This document shows, one piece after another, positions 16,666-25,458 of a DNA stretch of 32,000 bases. The notes beneath the pieces were generated by a model, which had not been told where the DNA came from, did no database searches, and saw nothing but the letters and a program-made list of their open reading frames with translations. The stretch spans positions 1,980,001 to 2,012,000 of the forward strand of contig NC_003450.3 of the NCBI RefSeq assembly GCF_000011325.1. The letters are read 5' to 3'. Source of the stretch: Corynebacterium glutamicum ATCC 13032. Its GTDB lineage: Bacteria; Actinomycetota; Actinomycetes; Mycobacteriales; Mycobacteriaceae. The translations under genes and the position numbers were made by a program. The stretch's first letter is position 1; every line of letters starts with the position of its first letter.

Positions 16666-16767
16666 GGTACTTCAATTTTGCCTGCTTTACGGTGAAGTTC
16701 ATCAGCTACAAAGCACATGCCAGCTAGCTGAAAAGGAAACCACTCCCCTCCTCGGAAAGTAGGAACC

Positions 16768-17115
16768 ATGTCTTCATTCACACGTCGTCTCAATATCACT
16801 GCGGTAACCGTTGCAATAGCCGCTACTTCTCTCCTCGCAGCCACAACACCAGCATCAGCCGCCTGCCTCGATGCAAATGGTCAGCAGATTGGACCACTCC
16901 GAGTACATGCTTCAAGTGAAAATACCAGCCGCGTAAATGATTGCGAGAAAGTTTATCTCGGTACCTTCTGGGAAGGGACCAACGGCGAGCCGGGGAACTT
17001 CGGCATCTTCAATTTCAAATATGCCAACAACAAATACTTCGTCGTAGGAATCAATGACATCACTGGTCTTGGTCTTGGATCCTCTGATCAGAATCCCCTA
17101 GGAACCTTCGGATAG
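16768..17115 (+). CDS. Small secreted protein, tandem paralog 1 (115 aa)
   Basis: Signal peptide MSSFTRRLNITAVTVAIAATSLLAATTPASA, two Cys, and a C-terminal GLGSSDQNPLGTFG. No family recognised. Confidence 0.75.
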   Translation: MSSFTRRLNITAVTVAIAATSLLAATTPASAACLDANGQQIGPLRVHASSENTSRVNDCEKVYLGTFWEGTNGEPGNFGIFNFKYANNKYFVVGINDITGLGLGSSDQNPLGTFG

Positions 17116-17167
17116 TCGAAATAGAAGCCTCACCCTTTTCAAATCCCCTCCTCGGAAAGCAGGAACC

Positions 17168-17506
17168 ATGTCTTCATTCACACGTCGTCTCCCTGTCACC
17201 GCAGTTACTGCAGTACTTGCCTCGTCCACCCTTCTCGCTGCGGCAACACCTGCTTCAGTTAAATGCGTGCACCCTCACTCAGAACACGTGGGCCCATTGC
17301 ATGTTTATGGATCTAGTGAAAACTCAGATCGATTTGATGTGTGCGGGAAGATTGATTTCGGAACCCATTGGGAAGGCACTGGAATCCACACTGGCCAGTT
17401 TGGGTTATTTAATGTTAAGTATGCAGACAATAAGTTTTTCGTTGTCACCATTGATGATGCCGGCCTAGGCTCCTCCGACCAGAACCCCACTGGCACCTTT
17501 GGATAA
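17168..17506 (+). CDS. Small secreted protein, tandem paralog 2 (112 aa)
   Basis: Same leader/RBS and MSSFTRRL start as paralog 1. Collinear motifs: GPL.V..SSEN, WEGT, FVV, GLGSSDQNPTGTFG. Confidence 0.75.
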   Translation: MSSFTRRLPVTAVTAVLASSTLLAAATPASVKCVHPHSEHVGPLHVYGSSENSDRFDVCGKIDFGTHWEGTGIHTGQFGLFNVKYADNKFFVVTIDDAGLGSSDQNPTGTFG

Positions 17507-17544
17507 CACCATTCCGTGTGAACAAGCTGGCCTAGACTTGAAAC

Positions 17545-18243
17545 ATGGTCGATATCTTGGAACTCATCGGTCCCCTACCTTCTGTGTCTACGCCAGAGTT
17601 AAGGGCAATTGTCGTGACTGCCATTAATGGTTCCACCACTATTAATGGCACGTCTGGTCAGCTTGGAAATTCCACGGATACGGAACTTCTGTTGGCGCTT
17701 CGCAGGTGGTCGGACGTGGTGTTGGTTGGGTCGAGCACGGTGAAGGCTGAAAATTATGGTGGCGTGGAGGTTTCGCCTGAAATCCAGAAGCAACGCCAGG
17801 AGTTGGGTCAGGAAGCGATTCCGCCGATTGCGGTGATGTCAGGGTCGTTGAATTTTGATGTGGATACTCGCTTTTTCCTTGAGGCCGAAGTGCCGCCGAT
17901 CATCATCACGGATAATTCCGATCAAGCAAAGCAGCAGCGGCTTGTGGATGCTGGGGCTCAGGTTATTGAGGTGGAGACGTTGACGGCGGAGGTTGGCGTC
18001 GAAAAGCTTAGGTCTTTGGGTTACGCCCGCATTGATTGTGAGGGCGGTGCAACGTTGTATGGGCAGATGTTGGCCGCCGATCTTGTTGATGTGTGGCATC
18101 ACACGATTGATCCGACGTTGTCGGGCAGCGTGGAGCGCCCCACGGTGAAGGGCGGCGATGATGCGCCGCGCCGATTCGCGTTGGAGCACGTCTTTGTCGA
18201 TGATGACAGCACCCTATTCTTGCGGTATAAGCGCGCCAAGTGA
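17545..18243 (+). CDS. RibD C-terminal-domain / dihydrofolate-reductase-like reductase (232 aa)
   Basis: ..AINGSTTINGTSGQLGN..D..LL.ALR..SDVVLVGSSTVKAENY.. and ..IDCEGGATLYGQMLAADLVD.. fit the RibD_C family. Its position before aftC-msrB matches Rv2671 in M. tuberculosis. Confidence 0.7.
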   Translation: MVDILELIGPLPSVSTPELRAIVVTAINGSTTINGTSGQLGNSTDTELLLALRRWSDVVLVGSSTVKAENYGGVEVSPEIQKQRQELGQEAIPPIAVMSGSLNFDVDTRFFLEAEVPPIIITDNSDQAKQQRLVDAGAQVIEVETLTAEVGVEKLRSLGYARIDCEGGATLYGQMLAADLVDVWHHTIDPTLSGSVERPTVKGGDDAPRRFALEHVFVDDDSTLFLRYKRAK

Positions 18244-18288
18244 GTGTTGGACTCTCCGGATCTGCTGGGGATTCGCTAGATTAGTCTC

Positions 18289-19545
18289 GTGAGTTTCTCC
18301 CCGGTAGCACCTTCTATATCAGCCCCCACGCCGCGTCGGAGCAGGTGGGATAGCATCGGCAACGCGGTTGCATGGCCGTTGGCCATGTTGTTGATGGCGC
18401 ATCGCTTCTTCGTGCTTGCGATTAACGGCGCAGTCACCGACGATTTCACGACGGTTTATAGTGCTTTACGACGTTTCGTTGAAGGTATTCCGGTCTACAA
18501 CGAGGTCTACCACTTCGTCGATCCGCACTACCTCTATAACCCGGGCGCCACCCTCCTATTGGCACCATTGGGATATATCACCCATTTCACGTTGGCTCGG
18601 TGGATGTTCATCGCGGTGAACCTCCTTGCCATTGTTTTAGCGTTCGGGCTGCTGACCAGACTCTCCGGTTGGGCGCTGCGCAGCATGGTGTGGCCGATTG
18701 CGATCGCCTTGGCGATGCTGACAGAAACCGTGCAAAACACCCTCATTTTCTCCAACATCAACGGCATCCTGCTGCTCATGTTGGCGATTTTCCTGTGGTG
18801 CGTGGTGCACAAAAAATCCTGGTTGGGCGGACTAGTCATTGGTTTGGCCATTTTGATCAAACCCATGTTCCTGCCACTTCTCTTCCTACCTTTGGTGAAA
18901 AAGCAATGGGGATCGCTCATCCTCGGCATTTTAACCCCAGTGATTTTCAATGCAGTGGCCTGGTTCTTAGTTCCGGGAGCATCTGAATACGTCACCCGCA
19001 CGATGCCCTACCTTGGTGAAACTCGAGATTTTGCCAACAGCTCACTCCCAGGCTTGGCCATCTATTTCGGAATGCCCACCTGGATGGAAATCACCTGGTT
19101 CCTCATCTTCGGCGCAATGGTCGGCCTCGCAGTGCTGGCACTCCTGAGATTCCGTAACACCGAGCCATACTTCTGGGCAGCAACCACCACCGGTGTACTC
19201 CTGACTGGCGTATTCTTCCTGTCCTCACTGGGACAGATGTACTACTCCATGATGATCTTCCCTATGATCTTCACCCTGCTCGGAAGCCGATCCGTATTCC
19301 ACAACTGGGTTGCCTGGGTCGCCGCCTACTTCTTCCTCTCCCCTGACACTTTCACCTCCCAGCGACTACCCGATGTAGCCCGCTGGATGGAATTTTTCAG
19401 CGCGACCGTTGGTTGGGGACTATTGATAGTGGTTACATTTGTCTCGGCGCTAATCTGGTTTATTGGTGATATCCGAGCCAAGGGAACTCCGAGCTCACCC
19501 ATTACCACTGATCCAACGCACGACCATCTTGAGAGGACAGCATGA
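18289..19545 (+). CDS. aftC: Polytopic GT-C membrane glycosyltransferase (DUF2029/GT87-like), probable arabinofuranosyltransferase AftC ortholog
   Basis: A 418-aa protein with many TM segments. It lies immediately upstream of msrB and is stop/start coupled to it, as for Rv2673-Rv2674. The name is assigned from remembered synteny. Confidence 0.6.
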   Translation: MSFSPVAPSISAPTPRRSRWDSIGNAVAWPLAMLLMAHRFFVLAINGAVTDDFTTVYSALRRFVEGIPVYNEVYHFVDPHYLYNPGATLLLAPLGYITHFTLARWMFIAVNLLAIVLAFGLLTRLSGWALRSMVWPIAIALAMLTETVQNTLIFSNINGILLLMLAIFLWCVVHKKSWLGGLVIGLAILIKPMFLPLLFLPLVKKQWGSLILGILTPVIFNAVAWFLVPGASEYVTRTMPYLGETRDFANSSLPGLAIYFGMPTWMEITWFLIFGAMVGLAVLALLRFRNTEPYFWAATTTGVLLTGVFFLSSLGQMYYSMMIFPMIFTLLGSRSVFHNWVAWVAAYFFLSPDTFTSQRLPDVARWMEFFSATVGWGLLIVVTFVSALIWFIGDIRAKGTPSSPITTDPTHDHLERTA

Positions 19546-19952
19546 CAGACTTCAAACTCATCAGCGATACCGAGTGGCGCGAACGCCTCACCCCGCAGGA
19601 ATTCCATGTCCTCCGCGAAGCCGGCACCGAACCACCTCACGTCGGTGAATACACCAACACCACCACCGAAGGTGTGTACTCCTGTCGCGCCTGTGGTGAA
19701 GAGTTATTCCGCTCCACCGAGAAGTTTGAATCCCACTGCGGTTGGCCTTCCTTCTTCTCCCCACTTGCTGGCGACAAAATCATTGAGAAGGAAGATCTTT
19801 CCCTCGGTATGCGTCGCGTTGAGATTCTGTGCGCTAACTGCGGCTCTCACATGGGTCACGTCTTCGAAGGCGAAGGCTACGACACCCCCACCGATCTTCG
19901 TTACTGCATTAACTCCATCAGCTTGAAGCTGGAAGAAAAGCCAGTTTCCTAA
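19542..19952 (+). CDS. msrB: Peptide-methionine (R)-S-oxide reductase
   Basis: 136 aa. Two CxxC Zn motifs (CRACGEEL, CANCGSH), CGWPSF, and the catalytic RYCINS. The start overlaps the aftC stop (ATGA). Confidence 0.9.
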   Translation: MTDFKLISDTEWRERLTPQEFHVLREAGTEPPHVGEYTNTTTEGVYSCRACGEELFRSTEKFESHCGWPSFFSPLAGDKIIEKEDLSLGMRRVEILCANCGSHMGHVFEGEGYDTPTDLRYCINSISLKLEEKPVS

Positions 19953-19969
19953 GCTTCCGAGCACGAAAC

Positions 19970-20000
19970 GAGCCTTGGCCTTATGGCTGAGGCTTTTTCT
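19970..20000 (+). terminator. Terminator of msrB
   Basis: gagcct...aggctt stem followed by tttttct. Confidence 0.55.
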
Positions 20001-20127
20001 CATTCTGGCGCTATTTAAGAGGCCCAATTTTTGGGATGGGTTCTTGTATGGATTCAGTGCGTTCAGGCGCTTAGACGCGATTCTGAGAGGGCACTTTTCA
20101 TGGGCACCGGGGCAGGATTTGGGGCGG

Positions 20128-20258
20128 ACCAAACGAGAGTGCCCACGGAACTGCTTTTTGGCGATCGTGGGCAGATGTGACCGGTTTTTACGACCTCACA
20201 CCAAACAGGAGTGCCCACGAACTTCATTTCTAGGATTCGTGGGCATTGTGGTTTGGTC
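20128..20258. repeat. Two ~60-bp homologous units spaced 72 bp apart, each with a TGCCCACG / CGTGGGCA inverted repeat
   Basis: accaaacgagagtgcccacgg..N..cgtgggcagatgtgaccggt versus accaaacaggagtgcccacga..N..cgtgggcattgtggtttggt. The 8-bp stems lie at 20140-20147/20166-20173 and 20212-20219/20238-20245. Confidence 0.8.
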
Positions 20259-20463
20259 TGGGCCGATGAGGGGCCACTTTCTTCGGGTTCAAACGCCGTT
20301 TCTGTGCCGCCCAAGGCTGGCCTAGGGAAGGAAACCAAAACTCTCCCCTGCCGAATCGGTCCTTGGTCTAATACGAACGCTTATTCAGGCCTTGAACCGT
20401 GCATTTCAGACCAAACCTCCCCCAGAAACTGACTTCCTTGGTCTCCAGCGCACGCCTCCCCAA

Positions 20464-20495
20464 CCAAAAGAGCCCTGGACCATTAGTCCAAGGCT
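20464..20495 (-). terminator. Terminator of the hemQ-like gene
   Basis: On the minus strand: agccttggac-taatg-gtccagggct (10-bp stem with one mismatch) followed by cttttgg. Confidence 0.6.
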
Positions 20496-20517
20496 CAATC
20501 GTTTAGAAAAGCAGCTT

Positions 20518-21216
20518 TTAAGGAAGAACCTTAATCAGATCTGCAATGTCGACGCGCTGTCCAGAAATAAATGGCAGCTCCTCACGGACGTGGAGGCGAG
20601 CCTCGGTGTAACGCATCTTGTGCATCAAATCGACAATGCGGTGCAACTCATCAGCCTCGAAAGCCAGCACCCATTCGTAGTCACCCAGTGCGAAAGCCGG
20701 CACAGTGTTGGCACGAACATCTGGGAATTCCACAGCAGCTTGTCCGTGCTCGCGGAGAATGCGGGAACGCTTCAAGGGCTCCATGATGTACCAGTCGTAG
20801 CTGCGCACGAACGGGTAAACAGTGATCCAGTCCTTTGCTTCTTCACCCATGATGAATGAAGGCAAGTGAGCCTTGTTGAACTCAGATGGACGGTGGAGAG
20901 CGTTTCCGATCCAGAAGACCTCAGAAACCTGACCCAAAATGGTGGTGCGGCGGAAATCAGCGAAGGCCTTCTGAATGTCTTCGAATTCTTCTGCGTGCCA
21001 CCAGATCATGTAGTCAGCGTCTGCGCGCAGGCCGGAGGCGTTGTAAATGCCACGGACAGTGACTTTGCCTTCTGCTTCAAGGTCGGCAAAGAACTTGGCT
21101 GCTTGGTCAGTGACTTCTGTGCGATCATCATCGAGCGCTCCAGGAATAGCACGGAACACCGCCCACTGAGAGTAGCGCTGCAGTTTGTTGAGCTGTTTAA
21201 TATCGAGCTCGCTCAC
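20518..21216 (-). CDS. hemQ: Chlorite-dismutase-family protein (coproheme decarboxylase HemQ/ChdC type)
   Basis: A 232-aa protein. Family call rests on length, overall sequence character (..YMIWWHAEEFEDIQKAF.., ..WITVYPFVRSYDWY..) and position, matching Rv2676c next to msrB. Confidence 0.75.
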   Translation of the reverse strand: MSELDIKQLNKLQRYSQWAVFRAIPGALDDDRTEVTDQAAKFFADLEAEGKVTVRGIYNASGLRADADYMIWWHAEEFEDIQKAFADFRRTTILGQVSEVFWIGNALHRPSEFNKAHLPSFIMGEEAKDWITVYPFVRSYDWYIMEPLKRSRILREHGQAAVEFPDVRANTVPAFALGDYEWVLAFEADELHRIVDLMHKMRYTEARLHVREELPFISGQRVDIADLIKVLP

Positions 21217-21488
21217 AGGGTAACTTCCTTTCGTGGATCTTTGCCAGTGTCAGTGGCCAGACCCTTTAGCGAATGAATCGTAGTGTCGGCTCTGCCGGCA
21301 TGTTCCAACAACATGTTCCAACAAAACGCACACCCAGTTATCCATCATAAGTTTGATTGCAAAGTTTTGGGTAAACACCCCTCGTTAAGTCCCCCTGCAT
21401 TGGATAATTAGCAGGAGTGAAGTTGCATCAAAGGACAAACATAAAATAAACGGCGCGCCTCCCCAGAGTTACCCCAATAATTAGTAAA

Positions 21489-22115
21489 TTGCAGATTGTG
21501 ATCGATTCCGAAGCGACCTCTCAGCACAAGACCTCAGCTACCCCGGCAGAGAGCACTCCCGCGGAGTTTTCCGAAGCGGTTGAGTCTATGCACAGAGCGC
21601 GCCTGCGCCCAGAACTTACTTTGGGCACGATTAGGCCGCCTCAGCGCCTGGCGCCGTTTTCGCACGCCATTGGACTCGAAGTCGGAAATCAAGAAGAGTC
21701 AGACGATGTCTCCACCAACAGCGAAGGTGATTCCTTTGGTCGTTTGATTCTGCTCCACGATCCGGGTGCCGAAGAAACCTGGGAAGGAGCAATGCGCCTT
21801 GTCGCCTATATTCAAGCTGACATGGATCACGCTGTTGCTTCCGACCCGCTATTGCCGGAAGTAGCGTGGCAATGGCTTAACGAAGGTTTGGAACAAGCCG
21901 GCGCAGGATTTACCAACCTAGGCGGAACCGTAACCTCCACAACCTCGGTGCGCTTTGGTGAAATCGGTGGACCGCCAAGTGCCTACCAAGTGGAAATGCG
22001 TGCGTCCTGGACCGCGACTGGCACCGACCTCACCGCGCATGTTGAAGCGTTCGCAGCAGTGCTTGCCTCTGTTGCTGGACTTCCCCCAGAGGGCGTCACC
22101 GAACTACGAAGGTAG
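21489..22115 (+). CDS. Conserved actinobacterial protein (DUF3000-like, Rv2680 position)
   Basis: A 208-aa ORF directly upstream of rnd. The start codon is uncertain (TTG at 21489 or GTG at 21498). The DUF number is from memory. Confidence 0.65.
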   Translation: MQIVIDSEATSQHKTSATPAESTPAEFSEAVESMHRARLRPELTLGTIRPPQRLAPFSHAIGLEVGNQEESDDVSTNSEGDSFGRLILLHDPGAEETWEGAMRLVAYIQADMDHAVASDPLLPEVAWQWLNEGLEQAGAGFTNLGGTVTSTTSVRFGEIGGPPSAYQVEMRASWTATGTDLTAHVEAFAAVLASVAGLPPEGVTELRR

Positions 22116-22125
22116 ATTGGACACC

Positions 22126-23337
22126 ATGGTTTCCGATCTCCTTCAACCCCGCGACGGCATTCCGCCTTTGCTATCTACCCCTGGTGAGTTCACTGCTGCG
22201 GCAGATCTCTTGGCTAGCGGAACTGGGCCCTTCGCCATTGATACGGAACGCGCGTCCGGTTTTAGATACGATGACCGCGCATTTTTGATTCAGATCCGGC
22301 GCCGTGGCAGCGGAACTCTCCTATTCGACCCGGAGCAGTTCCGTCCTGAATTAACTCAGGCGTTAAAGCCGGTGCTCAATGGTCAAGAGTGGATCATTCA
22401 CGCAGCAAGCACCGATTTGCCGAGCCTTGCGTGGCTTGATCTTCACCCCGGATTACTCTTTGATACAGAACTTGCTGGCCGCTTAGCCGGATTTGATCAC
22501 GTTAATCTCGCTGCCATGGTGGAACAGATTTTTGATCTCCACTTGCTCAAAGGCCACGGTTCGGAAGATTGGTCCAAGCGTCCTCTGCCGGAATCTTGGC
22601 TCAACTACGCAGCACTCGATGTGGAGATGCTGCTGGAGCTTGCCGATGTCATGGCTGAAATCCTGGATCAGCAGGGAAAACTCCCCTGGGCTGAACAGGA
22701 ATTTGTCCATATTGTGGATCAATTCGCCACGATGACCGAACCTTCCGAAACGTCCTGGCAGGACCTTAAAGGGCTGTCCACTCTCAAACGACCAGACCAA
22801 TTAGTTGTGGCCCGTGAAATGTGGTTGGAACGCGACTCTTTCGCAGCCTCCCGCGACCTGGCGCCCGGTAAAGTGCTGTCCAACAAAGTCATCGTGGAAG
22901 TCGCCCGTGTTCTCCCCCGCACCCCGGCAGAATTAGCGCAGGTCAAGGGATTCCCCGGTCGATCCCAGGGTGCCACCAAACGCTGGTTCCGCATCATCAC
23001 CCGGGCGCTCAAATCCCCTCGCAGGAACTGGCCAAAGCCTCAGCAGCGCAAGGACGGCATCCCCGATCGTCGCGCGTGGGCGTCCTACTACCCAGAAGAG
23101 CACGAAGTGCTCCAAGAGATTAGAGCGCTTATCGACGACCTCGCCGCCGATATCAACGTTCCCGGCGAGAATATCCTTCAGCCTTCAACTCTGCGAGTAG
23201 CTGTGTGGATGGCTAAACACACCGGCGAGATCCATAATGCTGAAACACTCAACGCTGTACTTCGCGATTATGGTGCCCGCCAGTGGCAAATTGACCAGAC
23301 TTTTCCGATTCTGTCCGCCAACTTGCTGAAGCTCTAA
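22126..23337 (+). CDS. rnd: Ribonuclease D (DEDD 3'-5' exonuclease + HRDC)
   Basis: The ATG at 22126 (MVSDLLQPRDG..) is preferred to 21955, which overlaps the previous gene. Exo motifs: FAIDTERASGF, WIIHAASTDL, NYAALDVEMLLEL. Confidence 0.85.
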   Translation: MVSDLLQPRDGIPPLLSTPGEFTAAADLLASGTGPFAIDTERASGFRYDDRAFLIQIRRRGSGTLLFDPEQFRPELTQALKPVLNGQEWIIHAASTDLPSLAWLDLHPGLLFDTELAGRLAGFDHVNLAAMVEQIFDLHLLKGHGSEDWSKRPLPESWLNYAALDVEMLLELADVMAEILDQQGKLPWAEQEFVHIVDQFATMTEPSETSWQDLKGLSTLKRPDQLVVAREMWLERDSFAASRDLAPGKVLSNKVIVEVARVLPRTPAELAQVKGFPGRSQGATKRWFRIITRALKSPRRNWPKPQQRKDGIPDRRAWASYYPEEHEVLQEIRALIDDLAADINVPGENILQPSTLRVAVWMAKHTGEIHNAETLNAVLRDYGARQWQIDQTFPILSANLLKL

Positions 23338-23342
23338 ACCTA

Positions 23343-23368
23343 AAGCCCGCGGCTAAGGCTGCGGGCTT
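23343..23368. terminator. Hairpin shared by the convergent rnd and dxs genes
   Basis: aagcccgc-N10-gcgggctt. It is T-rich on the dxs side (tttaggttt). Confidence 0.55.
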
Positions 23369-23398
23369 CGGTGGAGGGCGGCGTCGATAAGCAGGGTT

Positions 23399-25309
23399 TT
23401 ATTCCCCGAACAGGGAATCCAGCCATCCAACAACAGTGGTTTCAATGCCGTCGGCGTCGAGGCCATAATCGGCGAGCACTTCATTGCGGGACGCGTGATC
23501 CAGGTACTTCTGGGGCACGGCGATTTGTCGGCGAGGGGTATCCACCTCAGAGGCGTTAAGCGCATCAGAGAGCAAGGATCCCACGCCGCCGTGGATGACG
23601 CCGTCTTCGATGGTGATCACGAGGTCATGATCATCAGACAGCGCGACCAAGGACTGCGGGATGGGGACAATCCAGCGGGGGTCAACAACCGTGACGTTCA
23701 CGCCGTGCTGTTTAATCCTGGAAGCAACGTCAAGTGCAACAGTTGCGCGCTCGCCTACCGCAATGATGAGAACTGATGGCGCATCGTCGGTTGATTCAAC
23801 GTCAGTGGCGTCTTCATATGCGAGGACATCCACGCCGTCTTCCAAGGTGTCGATAGCAACAATTGGAGTTGGCAAGTCGCCCTTGGGGAAACGCACAACT
23901 GTGGGGCCATCATCGATGGAAATAGCCTCATTGAGCAGCTCACGCAAGGAATCCTCATCACGTGGTGCCGCCACCTGCACGCCTGGAACGATCGAGGTCA
24001 GCGCCATATCCCAGACGCCATTGTGGCTCGCTCCATCCGAACCCGTGACACCTGAGCGATCAAGCACCAAAGTAACAGGCTGGTTGAGCATGCCCACATC
24101 CATGAGCAGCTGATCAAAAGCGCGGTTCAAGAACGTGGAGTAAATAGCCACCACAGGGTGTTTTCCACCCAATGCGAGGCCTGCGGCAGAAGTTACCGCG
24201 TGCTGCTCAGCAATGCCGACATCAAAGAATCGGTTGGGGAAATTGGCTTCGAACTTGGACAGACCGGTAGGACCTGCCATCGCGGCGGTGATGGCAACAA
24301 CGTTTTCATTCTGCGCACCAATCTTGACCAGCTCATCGCTGAACACAGAGGTCCAACCGGGCTTTGATGCAGATTTAGGAGCTCCTGTGAGCGGATCGAT
24401 GACGCCCGTGGAGTGCATCAATTCGTCCAAATCCTGCTCAGCAGGCGCGTAACCACGACCCTTTTCGGTGACCATGTGCACGATGATGGGGCCATCATAA
24501 TCATGAGCGTATTTCAGCGCATTGTCGACAGCTTTTTGGTTATGTCCATCAACCGGACCCACGTATTTCATGCCCAGTTCAGGGAACATTTCGGTGGGAA
24601 TGACGGTGCTCTTCACACCTTCTTTAAATGCATGGAGCGCTTCAAAAGTACGCTCCCCTACCCACCCCATGGATTTCAGGGACGTCTTGCCCTTTTCCAT
24701 GAAGCGATCATAGAAAGGCTGCATGCGAAGGCCCGCAAGGTTTTCCGCAAATCCGCCAATGGTTGGAGAATAACTCCGGCCATTGTCATTGACTACGACA
24801 ACAACTTTGCGGTCTTTACCAGCAGCAATATTGTTCAGTGCTTCCCAACACATGCCGCCAGTTAGAGCGCCATCACCAACGACAGCAACCACACTATGCG
24901 TGGTATCGCCATCCAACTGCTTGGCTTTAGACAAACCATCCGCATAAGACAAGGCCGCCGAAGCATGCGAAGACTCAGTCCAATCGTGCTCACTTTCAGC
25001 ACGGCAGGTGTAACCAGAAAGGCCATCTTTTTGACGCAAAGAATCAAAATCTTTAGCGCGACCCGTCAGGATCTTATGCACATAGGACTGGTGAGAAGTA
25101 TCAAAGATGATCGGGTCTTGAGGCGAATCGAAAACTCGATGAAGACCGATGGTTAATTCCACTACGCCCAAATTTGGACCTAAGTGGCCACCAGTTGCTG
25201 CGACTTTATCGACCAGGAAAGTTCGGATTTCTTTGGCAAGAGCGTCCAAATCCTCATCATTAAGGGCCTTTAAGTCAGCAGGTGTTGAAATACTGTTCAG
25301 AATTCCCAT
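23399..25309 (-). CDS. dxs: 1-deoxy-D-xylulose-5-phosphate synthase
   Basis: 636 aa. Has [13 protein letters not shown], the ThDP motif [16 protein letters not shown], transketolase-like pyrimidine-binding and C-terminal domains, and a position matching Rv2682c. Confidence 0.95.
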   Translation of the reverse strand: MGILNSISTPADLKALNDEDLDALAKEIRTFLVDKVAATGGHLGPNLGVVELTIGLHRVFDSPQDPIIFDTSHQSYVHKILTGRAKDFDSLRQKDGLSGYTCRAESEHDWTESSHASAALSYADGLSKAKQLDGDTTHSVVAVVGDGALTGGMCWEALNNIAAGKDRKVVVVVNDNGRSYSPTIGGFAENLAGLRMQPFYDRFMEKGKTSLKSMGWVGERTFEALHAFKEGVKSTVIPTEMFPELGMKYVGPVDGHNQKAVDNALKYAHDYDGPIIVHMVTEKGRGYAPAEQDLDELMHSTGVIDPLTGAPKSASKPGWTSVFSDELVKIGAQNENVVAITAAMAGPTGLSKFEANFPNRFFDVGIAEQHAVTSAAGLALGGKHPVVAIYSTFLNRAFDQLLMDVGMLNQPVTLVLDRSGVTGSDGASHNGVWDMALTSIVPGVQVAAPRDEDSLRELLNEAISIDDGPTVVRFPKGDLPTPIVAIDTLEDGVDVLAYEDATDVESTDDAPSVLIIAVGERATVALDVASRIKQHGVNVTVVDPRWIVPIPQSLVALSDDHDLVITIEDGVIHGGVGSLLSDALNASEVDTPRRQIAVPQKYLDHASRNEVLADYGLDADGIETTVVGWLDSLFGE

Positions 25310-25458
25310 TGGCGCGAGTCAGACACCTTTGCTTCTCGGATGCGGACGGTTGTACAAGTATCGGGCTGGCGACACTTTTGTGCAGGTGACAAAACAAATG
25401 TGCACCTGCGGTGTTGGAGCTATATTACTCTGTCTCGATAGCCAAGGCTTAATCCGCC

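Noticed and set aside
20128-20258. CRISPR-like array (repeats at 72-bp spacing)
   Set aside because: There are only two good copies and they are imperfect. The repeats are ~60 bp with internal long-loop hairpins, the spacers are too short, and there is no leader or cas genes nearby.
19975-20338. ORFs 19975-20325 (+, 116 aa) and 20063-20338 (-, 91 aa) as protein-coding genes
   Set aside because: They lie between two terminators and have no RBS. Their composition is Cys/Arg/Phe-rich and unnatural. Their internal peptide repeats only mirror the DNA repeat.
25382-25409. gcaggtg-N14-cacctgc hairpin between the methyltransferase stop and the dxs start, as a riboswitch or attenuator
   Set aside because: It is a single short stem with no U-tract and no recognisable riboswitch core. 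It may be a weak terminator or a leader element, and the evidence is not enough to call it.
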